64,000 bases of DNA from Coleofasciculus chthonoplastes F2-STO-03 (lineage in GTDB: Bacteria; Cyanobacteriota; Cyanobacteriia; Cyanobacteriales; Coleofasciculaceae): positions 1 through 64,000 of the forward strand of contig JAVJWO010000171.1 in assembly GCA_040222015.1 (NCBI GenBank), in the 5' to 3' direction. The translations under genes were made by a program, and so were the position numbers. Below the pieces are notes generated by a model. The model made no database searches and was not told where the DNA came from. It saw nothing but the letters and a program-made list of their open reading frames with translations. Numbering within the stretch: the stretch's first letter is position 1; every line of letters begins with the position of its first letter. Shown piece by piece: positions 43,425 through 52,884 of the stretch.

Positions 43425-44414
43425 ATGCCTAAAGAACTCAATATAACCCTGCTTGGTGCGAGTGGTGTCGGAAAGACGACATTATTAACCTCAATGTATG
43501 AACAATTTGAAGCAACCAGTCGTCAAGCCAATCTACACTTAAAACCCGATATCGAAACAGCAGCCATTCTAGAACGGTATCTGGCTCAACTCAAAAGTTT
43601 AACCTACGAATTTAAGGCTGATGAACGCACCAAAGGGATTCGCGGCACCCTAGCCGTCGCTGGACCCGAATCCTTACCCTCTTACCGTTTTGATTTAGGC
43701 TTAAATGACAAAAAAGATGACCTGCGGCTACAGTTTCGAGATTATCCCGGCGGCTATATTTTACCCAGTGATGTAGCGGGAAGGCGATTTGTGCAGAAGA
43801 TGTTGCGGGAATGTGCCGCAGTTATCGTGGCAATTGATACGCCAGCATTGATGGAACTGAATGGCAGATGGCATGAAGTGAGAAATAAGCCCGATGAGAT
43901 TATGGCATTGTTTAAAACAGCCTACCAAAAGTTAGACGAACCCAAGTTGGTCATTTTGGCTCCTGTAAAGTGTGAAACCTATATGCAAGATGAAGTATCT
44001 GCCAACAATCTGATCAAACAGATTCAAGAAAAATATGCACCGTTACTGAAATTTTTTCAAGAGCCAAGACGAGCCGATAAAATTGCCGTCGTCACAACTC
44101 CGGTACAAACTGTTGGCTGTGTAGTATTCCTCAAAATAGAGGTCGAAAATTTGAATCAACCCCGCTTTTATTTTCGCAAGACGAGTTTTGATGCCAAATA
44201 TAGTCCCCAAGATAGCGAACAGTTGCTGCGGTATTTATTGCGATTTTTGTTAAAAGTCTATATTCAAAATCGAAATTGGTCAATGTTTAACGTCGTGCGG
44301 GAATTGTTCAACCCTGATGCTCAACTCAAGCAAGCGGTAGAGCAGTTTGCTCAAGGGTGCAAAACAAACGGAGGATTTGCTGTTCTCCAAGGTAAATCAC
44401 TATTAACACTGTAA
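43425..44414 (+). CDS. TRAFAC-class P-loop GTPase of unknown function
   Basis: G1 GASGVGKTT, G2 RGT, G3 DYPGG, G4-like VKCE. Confidence 0.75.
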   Translation: MPKELNITLLGASGVGKTTLLTSMYEQFEATSRQANLHLKPDIETAAILERYLAQLKSLTYEFKADERTKGIRGTLAVAGPESLPSYRFDLGLNDKKDDLRLQFRDYPGGYILPSDVAGRRFVQKMLRECAAVIVAIDTPALMELNGRWHEVRNKPDEIMALFKTAYQKLDEPKLVILAPVKCETYMQDEVSANNLIKQIQEKYAPLLKFFQEPRRADKIAVVTTPVQTVGCVVFLKIEVENLNQPRFYFRKTSFDAKYSPQDSEQLLRYLLRFLLKVYIQNRNWSMFNVVRELFNPDAQLKQAVEQFAQGCKTNGGFAVLQGKSLLTL

Positions 44415-44472
44415 TATTCGTCATTTGTCTATATAAATAAATCAAAACTATTTTACAAATAGGGATTAACTG

Positions 44473-45273
44473 ATGGATATCTATATCCAGAGTCGCGGCT
44501 TTGAACAAGATTATGATTATCGTTGGCTACAGGTTAGTCACGATGGGTCAATTCAACCCAAATTACCCCCCATTGGATTAACAGTACCCCATTTAATCGA
44601 TCGCGAAACACCAACGGTTGTGTTAGAACGATTAGTGGATAACCAGTTGCTGCTGCTACTGACAGGGCTTGAACCCAAAGGACGAGTCGATTTTCTAGAC
44701 CGCCAAATCCGCATCGCCATGGCTTGGGTGGGTGCAACGGCTGACGAACCCCTGCTGCGAAGTTTAGCTGCTTCTGCATTAATTGACGAAGACTATCACC
44801 GCCTCGTGGAACAACTCAATCAAGCGGTAGGTTTAGGGGGTGATTATGGTTTTCAGGTATCATTACCAAAGATGCAGCAATTGGTTACCATGGTACGAAA
44901 TCCCCAGCAACTGTCCAGTCAACCACCGACGCTCACCCCAAAAATTGGACGGAATATTGCGACACTGAGACATGAATTAGCCGAAGAACTACAAACCTGT
45001 CATTTACCACCAACTCCCGGTATTCTCATCGTCGTTACCGGAATTAAAAAGCCAGAAGCGCTGCAAGAGGCTGGTGTGTGGCGCAGTTTATCAACGCTAG
45101 TCGAGGGCGAGAGTTGGCAGGAGTTCTCCCCTAAATCCTGGTTTTTACCTGCTAATTTTCAGGAAGGAATCCCATCTAAGAATCCCCTAATTTGGCTTAT
45201 GGTATTGATATCGATTCTCTCCTATTGGTTAGCATCCCTCGTAAAACTACTCTCTAGCCAAAAAGATACTTAG
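44473..45273 (+). CDS. Hypothetical protein with C-terminal TM anchor
   Basis: Starts IYIQSRG..QDYDYRW; motif RVDFLDRQIR; hydrophobic tail LIWLMVLISILSYWLASLV; AGGGA upstream. Confidence 0.75.
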   Translation: MDIYIQSRGFEQDYDYRWLQVSHDGSIQPKLPPIGLTVPHLIDRETPTVVLERLVDNQLLLLLTGLEPKGRVDFLDRQIRIAMAWVGATADEPLLRSLAASALIDEDYHRLVEQLNQAVGLGGDYGFQVSLPKMQQLVTMVRNPQQLSSQPPTLTPKIGRNIATLRHELAEELQTCHLPPTPGILIVVTGIKKPEALQEAGVWRSLSTLVEGESWQEFSPKSWFLPANFQEGIPSKNPLIWLMVLISILSYWLASLVKLLSSQKDT

Positions 45274-45411
45274 TCGGGGTGGATTTAATTGCATCTGGGT
45301 AAGGTAAGCTGATATGTATTTAAATTGGATATTCCCTATTTCCTGTTTCCTTGTCCTCATGCTCAAATAGTGAAACCCGCCCTTACACACAACTCATCAC
45401 TCAAAACGAAT

Positions 45412-46668
45412 ATGAATCGGAGTATTGGTTACCTGCTTCCCGAATTTCCCGGACAAACCCACATTTTCTGGTGGCGAGAAATGAACGCCCTGACAAGTAT
45501 GGGTATCGATATTGATATCGTCTCCACGCGGCGTCCCCTCTCAAAACTCATGTCTCATACCTGGGTTCAAGAAGCACAACAATGCACCACTTATCTCTTT
45601 CCTCCCAGACCAAACTTATTAGGTATTCTTATCGAACTACTACGCTGTGGTATTCCCGGTTGGTTCCGTTGCTTGCAAGCAATCTTAACCGCTAAAAACG
45701 TTTCACTATTTCAGAGGTTGCGACTGTGTGCTTTAGCCTTAGTTGGGGCGGAAGTATCCAACTTAGCCAGACGCCGCAATTGGCAGCATTTGCATGTCCA
45801 CTCCTGTGCAGATGCGGCAAATATTGCCATGTTTGCGGCTTTAATTTCAAAACTTTCCTATAGCCTCACACTTCATGGTCCCCTGAAAGACTACGGACCC
45901 AATCAAGATCAAAAATGGCAGCACGCCACATTTGGAATGGTGATTACCCAACAGCTATATGAAGAAGTCCAAAACTCTTTGGCAGGTTATCTCCCGAAAA
46001 CGATAAAAGTTGCCCCAATGGGCGTTGATTTAGATGTGTTTACCCGAACAAGCTCCTACTCTCCCTGGCGGGGAAATAGTGTTTGCCGGATTTTTAGCTG
46101 TGGGCGTCTCAATTTTTGCAAAGGGTATGTCGATTTAATTGCGGCTGTAGATATCCTGAGAAAACAAGGAATCAATGCCGAATTAAAAATTGCTGGAGAA
46201 GATGAACAAGGTGGAAACGGATATCGAAAGGAGTTAGAAACCCTGATTCAAACCCTAGGTTTAACCAACTCCGTTTCTCTGTTAGGCGCTGTTTCAGAAG
46301 ATACAGTTAAAGCCTGTTTAGAAGAAGCTCACATCTTTGCTCTTGCCAGTCTGCGTGAACCCTTAGGTGTCGCAATTATGGAAGCCATGGCGATGGAGTT
46401 ACCCATTGTTGTCACAGGTTCTGGTGGCGTTAAAGAACTTGTGGAAGCGGGAGTCAATGGGCTATTGGTAGAACCCCAAGCTCCCACCCAACTTGCCGAT
46501 GCTATCTGCCAATTATTACACAATCCTGAACTATCTATACATTTAGGTCAAGCCGCACGAGAAAAAATAACTCAACAGTTTCAAGCCAAACGTAGTGCCA
46601 AAGTCTTGTATGATGCCATCACCGAACTATGTCCTACTCCCATAGAGACTCTAAACGGTAAATCATAA
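45412..46668 (+). CDS. GT4 glycosyltransferase (EpsE-like, exopolysaccharide)
   Basis: IGYLLPEFPGQTH, HLHVH, GRL...KG, EPLGVAIMEAMA. Confidence 0.85.
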   Translation: MNRSIGYLLPEFPGQTHIFWWREMNALTSMGIDIDIVSTRRPLSKLMSHTWVQEAQQCTTYLFPPRPNLLGILIELLRCGIPGWFRCLQAILTAKNVSLFQRLRLCALALVGAEVSNLARRRNWQHLHVHSCADAANIAMFAALISKLSYSLTLHGPLKDYGPNQDQKWQHATFGMVITQQLYEEVQNSLAGYLPKTIKVAPMGVDLDVFTRTSSYSPWRGNSVCRIFSCGRLNFCKGYVDLIAAVDILRKQGINAELKIAGEDEQGGNGYRKELETLIQTLGLTNSVSLLGAVSEDTVKACLEEAHIFALASLREPLGVAIMEAMAMELPIVVTGSGGVKELVEAGVNGLLVEPQAPTQLADAICQLLHNPELSIHLGQAAREKITQQFQAKRSAKVLYDAITELCPTPIETLNGKS

Positions 46669-46733
46669 CCTCAAAAAGGTTCGTAGTTGCGCTGTCTTCG
46701 ACTCCATCGCTCCCATCGCCCACGACAAACCCT

Positions 46734-46857
46734 TAAGCCCAATGGCACTGCAATAAGCATTTTGTAATCACCAAAACCCTTGATATACCGTAGGGTGGGC
46801 ACTGCCCACCAGCCTTAAATCAATGCCATCCCCCTGAAGTTAGTGTCATTCAACTAA
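46734..46857. mobile_element. MITE with AATGGCACTG-type ends and GTAGGGTGGGCACTGCCCACC REP core (copy 1)
   Basis: Inverted near-copy at 47992-48096. Confidence 0.75.
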
Positions 46858-46867
46858 ATATCAAAAG

Positions 46868-47953
46868 TCATGAGAATAACTTTGAATCATTTTCTTTATT
46901 AAGCAATTCCGCTTGAAAACGCGGATACCACTCTCTTAATTGCTGCTTATCCATCTGCATCAGCTTAGGTACTAATTTTACAGCTAACCATGCGCCGCGT
47001 GCATGAGGAAACCCTCGATTCGGATTAGCACAATCTCGCAGAAATTCTAGCAAAGCGCGGCTGAGTGCAAATTGGACAACCAATATATTGACCCCATGCT
47101 CGACTGTTCGGTGCGCCAAAAATAAAGCAATCGGATTTAAAACAACCAACACAGAATTTTTATACCGATGAATTCGGGAAACGGCTGTCTGTTCGTGAAA
47201 AAGTTTGGCTCGACGAGCTAAGACAAGAGCCGAGGTTCGAGATACACGATAGCTAACATCCAAATCATTAACTGTACGACTAATTAATTCCTCAAATCCG
47301 CCAATTTCTTTCAGTGCTGACGTCCGAAATGTCATCCGACAGCCATGAAACAGCACCACATTATTAATTGAGGTTTTCTTTGCTAATTCAGAAATGTCAT
47401 AGCGATGATAGGTTCCGTCATAAGGGATAAAGAGGTTTTGTATATGCCAAAGCTTATGGAATGGTTTAAGGAAATGATCCCATAAATTTAATTGGTTGGG
47501 TTGCTTGTTAGTTTGAACCAGATTATCAGATGGGCTGTTTTTCTGATCCTTTTCCCTGGTGGACGGTGGCTGAGGAACCATTAACGCCATCACTCCACCC
47601 ACTAAATCTTCCTCATCTTGCTCATAAACTTCCATGATTTCTTCCGCACAATCAATGTACATAAAAGAATCATCGTCTAGATAAAATACGACATCGCTAT
47701 CGCAGAAATTTAGCCCAATGTTTTGCTGATAAGTTAGGGATTTTTTATCAGAGCCTACATAAATTAACTCAATAGACTTAGCGGTTAGAGCGAATGAAGT
47801 TAAAATGCGAGTTTTCGACAACTCCCACTCATCGCTCGCATCAACAACGATGATTTGTTTTGGAGGACGAGTTTGAGCAACGATTGTCGGCAAAGAGCGC
47901 TCTAAAATTGCTCCTCTATTTAAAGTGGGAATAATAGCTGACCAGCTTAGCAT
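46868..47953 (-). CDS. GT2 glycosyltransferase
   Basis: IIPTLNR, IIVVDAS, FYLDDD, GCRMTFR, GGFEE. Confidence 0.88.
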   Translation of the reverse strand: MLSWSAIIPTLNRGAILERSLPTIVAQTRPPKQIIVVDASDEWELSKTRILTSFALTAKSIELIYVGSDKKSLTYQQNIGLNFCDSDVVFYLDDDSFMYIDCAEEIMEVYEQDEEDLVGGVMALMVPQPPSTREKDQKNSPSDNLVQTNKQPNQLNLWDHFLKPFHKLWHIQNLFIPYDGTYHRYDISELAKKTSINNVVLFHGCRMTFRTSALKEIGGFEELISRTVNDLDVSYRVSRTSALVLARRAKLFHEQTAVSRIHRYKNSVLVVLNPIALFLAHRTVEHGVNILVVQFALSRALLEFLRDCANPNRGFPHARGAWLAVKLVPKLMQMDKQQLREWYPRFQAELLNKENDSKLFS

Positions 47954-47991
47954 AATTTTTATCCGAATATTTACTACCTATAAATCAAACT

Positions 47992-48096
47992 TAAACTTGA
48001 ATATCACTGACTTAAGTCTGGTGGGCAATGCCCACCCTACGGCATATCAAAGGTTTTGGCGACTCACAATGCTATATTTCAGTGCCATTCAACTTA
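47992..48096. mobile_element. MITE copy 2, inverted relative to 46734-46857
   Basis: Reverse complement reads AATGGCACTG..CCAAAACCTTTGATATGCCGTAGGGTGGGCATTGCCCACCAG. Confidence 0.75.
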
Positions 48097-48140
48097 AACT
48101 TAGCTTAGATAACTAAACACAAATCATAACTTTATCTGCA

Positions 48141-49427
48141 TTATTTATCCAGGCTCCTTTTTTCACTAATCATTTGTTCATAAATTTTGACTATCTCAAT
48201 GGCTTTACGTTCCCAGGTAAACTGTCTAGCTCGCTCAATCGACTTAACTGACATAGATTCTCGTAGTTGATCATCTTCAACTAAGATTTGAATTTTATGA
48301 GTTAACTCCTGGGTCAAATACTCAGGCGAAATTGGCTCGATTTTGAACCCTGTTTCTTCAGTGACATATTCACCAATACCACCATAATTGGCGACAATGC
48401 AAGGCAGCCCATTTGCCATGGCTTCTAGGACAACAGCACCTCCAAATTCTCGGATAGAGGGAAAGCAAAAAATATCAGCTTGCAGATAATAATCAAGGGT
48501 TTGGGATTGAGGCACCCAACCAATAAATTGAACAATATCGTTTAACCCTAGTTTCTGTACAAGTTTTTCCAGTAAAACTTTTTCTGAACCATCTCCGACA
48601 ATAGTCAAGTCAATTTTATTTTGAATAGTTTGATTTAATCGGCTCAGAGATTTAATGACAATATCTCCACATTTGTAAGGGACTAATCTACCGACAAAAA
48701 GCAAATGAACTTTAGAGTCTCGTTTGGGCGGCTTTTGTGTCAATACAAAATTGGAGTCAATTCCATTTTCAAAAAATAAGCTAATTCGAGAATCGGGGAG
48801 ATTAAATAAACGTTTTAACAGATTTAATGTATACGTTGATCCTGCCAATATTCTGTCTGCTTTTTTATAGGTTTCTCTATAGCCAGGGATTAAAAATCGA
48901 CCGATGGCTCTCAAGAAATTTAGGTAAGCAAATTCTTCTCTAGCTTTTTCCCTAAATCCTGGGGGAAAAGGAATACCCCCATTGACAGGTCCAAGTAGAA
49001 AGGGAGTAGAGTGACATGCCTTAACTATTTTGTAGGGATACCGGGGTATCATGGGGGTTATCGCATGTACAATATCATAATCACCGTTGATTATTTGTGC
49101 TTTAAACTGGCGATATACTTTATGGTTAAAATCTGCATAAATTGGATAAGTTAAGCTATTGTATAGTTGCCAATTAACTTTATTTTTAAATGCTAAACGA
49201 TCAACCAAATTATAATAACGTTTCAACAAATCCATTTCATGTATATAAACAATATTGTTATGATTGGATAGTTGTTTTAAGTCTTTTTCATTTCTATCAT
49301 GAGTCACTAGAGTTACATTAACTATTTTGCTAATTTCTTGACAGTATTTATATCCTTCTAGGGGGACAGACTGCCAAGCGGGATTACATTGTTCTATTAT
49401 GAGTAATGCTTTGATTCTATTTTTCAT
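48141..49427 (-). CDS. GT4 glycosyltransferase (AT-rich)
   Basis: FVGRLVPYK, FPSIREFGGAVVLEAMA. Confidence 0.88.
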   Translation of the reverse strand: MKNRIKALLIIEQCNPAWQSVPLEGYKYCQEISKIVNVTLVTHDRNEKDLKQLSNHNNIVYIHEMDLLKRYYNLVDRLAFKNKVNWQLYNSLTYPIYADFNHKVYRQFKAQIINGDYDIVHAITPMIPRYPYKIVKACHSTPFLLGPVNGGIPFPPGFREKAREEFAYLNFLRAIGRFLIPGYRETYKKADRILAGSTYTLNLLKRLFNLPDSRISLFFENGIDSNFVLTQKPPKRDSKVHLLFVGRLVPYKCGDIVIKSLSRLNQTIQNKIDLTIVGDGSEKVLLEKLVQKLGLNDIVQFIGWVPQSQTLDYYLQADIFCFPSIREFGGAVVLEAMANGLPCIVANYGGIGEYVTEETGFKIEPISPEYLTQELTHKIQILVEDDQLRESMSVKSIERARQFTWERKAIEIVKIYEQMISEKRSLDK

Positions 49428-49852
49428 TTTATTCAGACACGTATCCTTAATACATTAGGATTATACCGAATCAACTCTTACTGGGGTAAAATAGGGTAAT
49501 TTGTCATAAAACGGGTGTTTACACTACATTTGTACTTTTTTACAGGGCGTCGCTGGGGTCTAGATGTCAAATTATGTAGAGACTCATACCAATCAATTAT
49601 CTATGATGTTGCGCCCTATTCGACCTCTTGGCGATAGTCGGCGGTGTATTCGTTGCGCGATTCCAGAGAAATGGTATCTGCATATATCGCCAAATGCTCC
49701 AATGCTCCAATGCGCCAGTAGTCGCCAGAGCCGTTAAAGAAAGTCCTAACCTTGATCACGACAGCAATACATCTCTATCGTTTCCCACCAGTATGCTCAA
49801 CAGGGCAAGCCTGGAAAGACGTGCCATGGCACATCTGGGAAGCAAGGGGAGA

Positions 49853-49938
49853 AGCTTTACACAAACTTCATATAGATTTTATCGAAACTTTATAAAAAAC
49901 AGCTCAATCCGATCTATTATTTATTTAGGCGAATAAAA
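49853..49938 (+). promoter_or_regulatory. Conserved upstream block with 11-bp-period boxes before PEP-CTERM gene 1
   Basis: CTTTACACAAA CTTCATATAGA TTTTATCGAAA CTTTATAAAAA...TATTTATTTAGGC; paralogous block at 51430-51523. Confidence 0.55.
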
Positions 49939-50133
49939 ACGCCTGAGTGCCACCAGCCTTGTCTTAATAGATAGAAAACGCTGAGAGTCTCATTGGCTCA
50001 ATGAACCTTTAATATAAATAAACAAACAGCAAGAGATTCTCCTCAAGCAGACGTTTTCTAAAGATATAAGTCAGCGGAACTCTTGGTAAATAACTACCAA
50101 CCCATCGGTACTCATCGACTAAGTTACTGCATT

Positions 50134-50202
50134 AGACATCTCCAGAACGTCAGTTTCAGCTCAAGCAGCACAAAGATTTCAGAGGAATTCCTGGAGACGT
50201 CT
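50134..50202. mobile_element. MITE AGACATCTCCAG...CTGGAGACGTCT flanked by ATT duplication
   Basis: Terminal inverted repeat; absent from the homologous leader of the second PEP-CTERM gene. Confidence 0.7.
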
Positions 50203-50245
50203 ATTGGTACAATCTACGTCTTCAGAAAATAAAAGGAAAAACATC

Positions 50246-50995
50246 ATGAAATCTCTCTCAACTCTTTTGGGCAATTGTGTTACCCTCGCCTCGCTTATTG
50301 CTGCTTCTACAGTAACCGTAGGTCTCATGGCGTCTTCAGCTTCTGCTTTGTCCCTGGTTCCTCAAGAGGAAGGTGAAGTTGAGCTTGTGAATATTAATGA
50401 TATTACTGCTTTTGATCCTGCCGGTCTGATTGGTCCAGCCGTTACACTTCCTGACCTAATCGCCAGTGTAGAGAGTATAGCCAATCCAGATGGCAAATTC
50501 AGCCGTCTATTTGTTGATGACTTAACAACTGATAGTCCCTATGGCATTGTTCATCTCCGAGCCGGAGATATAGGTACAGTTCCAGAAGGATTTTGGTATC
50601 GTCCCTCGGAAATAGAAGAAGAAAATGGGCAACTAGAAGTCGGTACGTTCAAGTTTATGTTCACTGAAACGCTTCCAGAACTAACTGTTCGATATTTCGA
50701 TACCGAGTCTTCTAACACAACTGGTGTTCCTGACTTCTTCTCTGAGGTTGTCACAGACGGAACGTTGCTCTCCGGCGAAAATTTTGTTCCTGCAGGAGAA
50801 GATGGAAATATCTATACCCAAACTTGGGGAGATGTTAGCTTCATTACCTTAAAGTTGGGTAAAGATACGGCAGCCACAGGTGACGGCGTTGACTTCCAGT
50901 TAGAAACTGTACCAGAACCTGGAACCGTCTTGGGCTTAGGTACTCTGGCTATGGCAGGTGCTTTCGGCTTACGCAAGCGTAACAGAAAAGCCTAA
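50246..50995 (+). CDS. LEVG-family PEP-CTERM surface protein
   Basis: Signal peptide (..ASSASA), EENGQLEVG, TGDGVDFQ, VPEPGTVLGLG-TM-RKR. Confidence 0.9.
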   Translation: MKSLSTLLGNCVTLASLIAASTVTVGLMASSASALSLVPQEEGEVELVNINDITAFDPAGLIGPAVTLPDLIASVESIANPDGKFSRLFVDDLTTDSPYGIVHLRAGDIGTVPEGFWYRPSEIEEENGQLEVGTFKFMFTETLPELTVRYFDTESSNTTGVPDFFSEVVTDGTLLSGENFVPAGEDGNIYTQTWGDVSFITLKLGKDTAATGDGVDFQLETVPEPGTVLGLGTLAMAGAFGLRKRNRKA

Positions 50996-51429
50996 TGCTT
51001 CCTAAATAGCGCCAGCAGGTGCTAAAACTCTCAGCCTTTAGCACCTGAATACAGATTGTGTTAGAGCGGTCATCCTCTCTAATACTACATCTTTTGCAAA
51101 AAACAGTAATATAAGTTACAAAATACCTCATTTTATCGAGAGACGTGACCTGTCGCGTCTCTACTCTTTTTTTCACCACCAACAACCATTACTCGATAGA
51201 CTATACCCAATCGGGGTTAGCCACCCCCTTTATAACCCAAGTCCGCTCTCGTCGGACTTTGTTTGTGTAGTTCCGCGATTTTAATCGCCGTGGCAAAAGG
51301 GGGTTACTTTGTGATTCCCTCTGTTAAAGCTTCAGGAAGAGGAACACTGGGGGGGGATAAAAGTAAGTTTGTGGAGTTATTGCGGCTGTCATCAACGAGA
51401 TTAGACACCCTGAGCGGAAAATTAACACA

Positions 51430-51523
51430 AGCTTTACATTAACTTCATAAAAATACGCTAAATTTTATCAAAACTTTATATAAAAACACCAAGTTTAACG
51501 CTACTATTTGTTTAGGCAAAAAA
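51430..51523 (+). promoter_or_regulatory. Conserved upstream block before PEP-CTERM gene 2
   Basis: CTTTACATTAA CTTCATAAAAA-9 bp-TTTTATCAAAA CTTTATATAAA...TATTTGTTTAGGC. Confidence 0.55.
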
Positions 51524-51746
51524 ATCATGGGTGCTAAAAGCAACATTTTACATCTATAAATTGCCCATAGCTTGATTTGCTAACCAGCAATTGATAGAGA
51601 ATAAAAAAGCAATAATCTATTCTCTTATAGCAGAGGCATTCATGGATCTAAATGGGCTTAATTATGGGTAAATTGCTGACCCTAATCAGTCATCATCAAG
51701 CCCTAGCATTGGGTTAATCTACTTTTTTTTTTCAGGAAATAACTTC

Positions 51747-52493
51747 ATGAAATCTATTTCAACTCTTTTGGGCAATTGTGCTACCGTTGCCTCGCTGATT
51801 GCCGCATCTACAGTAACTGTAGGACTTGTGGCTCCTTCGGCTTCTGCTTCTTCCTTGGTTCCTCTACAGGAAGGCGAAGTTAAGCTTGTGAATATTGGTG
51901 ATTTTACCCCTTCGGGTCTAGTTGGTCCAGAGGTTACGCTTCCTGAGCTAATCGCAAGTGTAGAGAGTTTAGCGAATCCAGACGGCACATTTAGCCGTCT
52001 ATTTGTTGATGACCTCTCCACTGCTAATGACTATGGCATTGTCCAGCTCCAAGCCGGAGACGTGGGTACAGTTCCTCCAGGATTTTGGTATCGTCCCTCG
52101 GAAGTAGAAGAAGAAAACGGGCAATTGGAAGTCGGTACGTTCAAGTTCAAGTTCACTGAAATTATTCCCCAACTAACTGTTCGATATTTCGATACCGAGT
52201 CTTCTGACACAACTGGTGTTCTTCCATTCTTCGCTGATGCTGACACAGACGGAACGTTGCTCTTCGGCGAAAATCCTGTTCCCGCAGGAGAAGATGGAAA
52301 TATCTATACCCAAACTTGGCAAGATGTTAGCTTCATTACCTTAAAGTTGGGTAAAGATACGGGAGGCACAGGTGATGGCGTTGACTTCCAGTTAGAAAGT
52401 GTACCCGAACCAGGAACCGTCTTGGGTTTAGGCGCCTTGGCGATGGCAGGTACTTTAGGCTTGCGCAAGCGCAACAAAAAGTCTGATGTCTAA
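51747..52493 (+). CDS. LEVG-family PEP-CTERM surface protein (paralogue)
   Basis: Colinear, highly similar paralogue of 50246-50995; VPEP-TM-RKR. Confidence 0.9.
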   Translation: MKSISTLLGNCATVASLIAASTVTVGLVAPSASASSLVPLQEGEVKLVNIGDFTPSGLVGPEVTLPELIASVESLANPDGTFSRLFVDDLSTANDYGIVQLQAGDVGTVPPGFWYRPSEVEEENGQLEVGTFKFKFTEIIPQLTVRYFDTESSDTTGVLPFFADADTDGTLLFGENPVPAGEDGNIYTQTWQDVSFITLKLGKDTGGTGDGVDFQLESVPEPGTVLGLGALAMAGTLGLRKRNKKSDV

Positions 52494-52584
52494 ATTGGTT
52501 CAACAGCTACGACGAGCTTAAAACTTTAGCTCCTGAACAAATCATTCGTTAACTCCACTATTAGAATAAAACTAAAGGAATTCC

Positions 52585-52617
52585 AGGGATTGGAGATGTC
52601 ATCTCCAATCCCTTTTT
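52585..52617 (+). terminator. Rho-independent terminator
   Basis: AGGGATTGGAGATG/CATCTCCAATCCCT stem followed by a T run. Confidence 0.75.
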
Positions 52618-52884
52618 GGTTGTCCCTGTTGCCTGTTGCCTTTGTCTACCATCGAGAGTTTCACATCTCAAATCATACCAAATCCGGCATACCTAACCCT
52701 GTTATGTCCAGATTGTAGAGACTAGGCATGTCTAGTCTCTACAGGGTTTTGGTGATTTACCCAAAAAGGGAGTGGCGTTCCCCGGATTTTGGATCAAAAA
52801 GCTATATGTTATATGTGATATCTAGAGTACACTTAACAATTCTTAATCCCATCTTGCTCAACCTGCGGACTGTAGGGACTTTAG

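Noticed and set aside
49628..49936. 102-aa ORF upstream of PEP-CTERM gene 1
   Set aside because: TTG start, no recognisable motif, runs through a REP and the putative regulatory block
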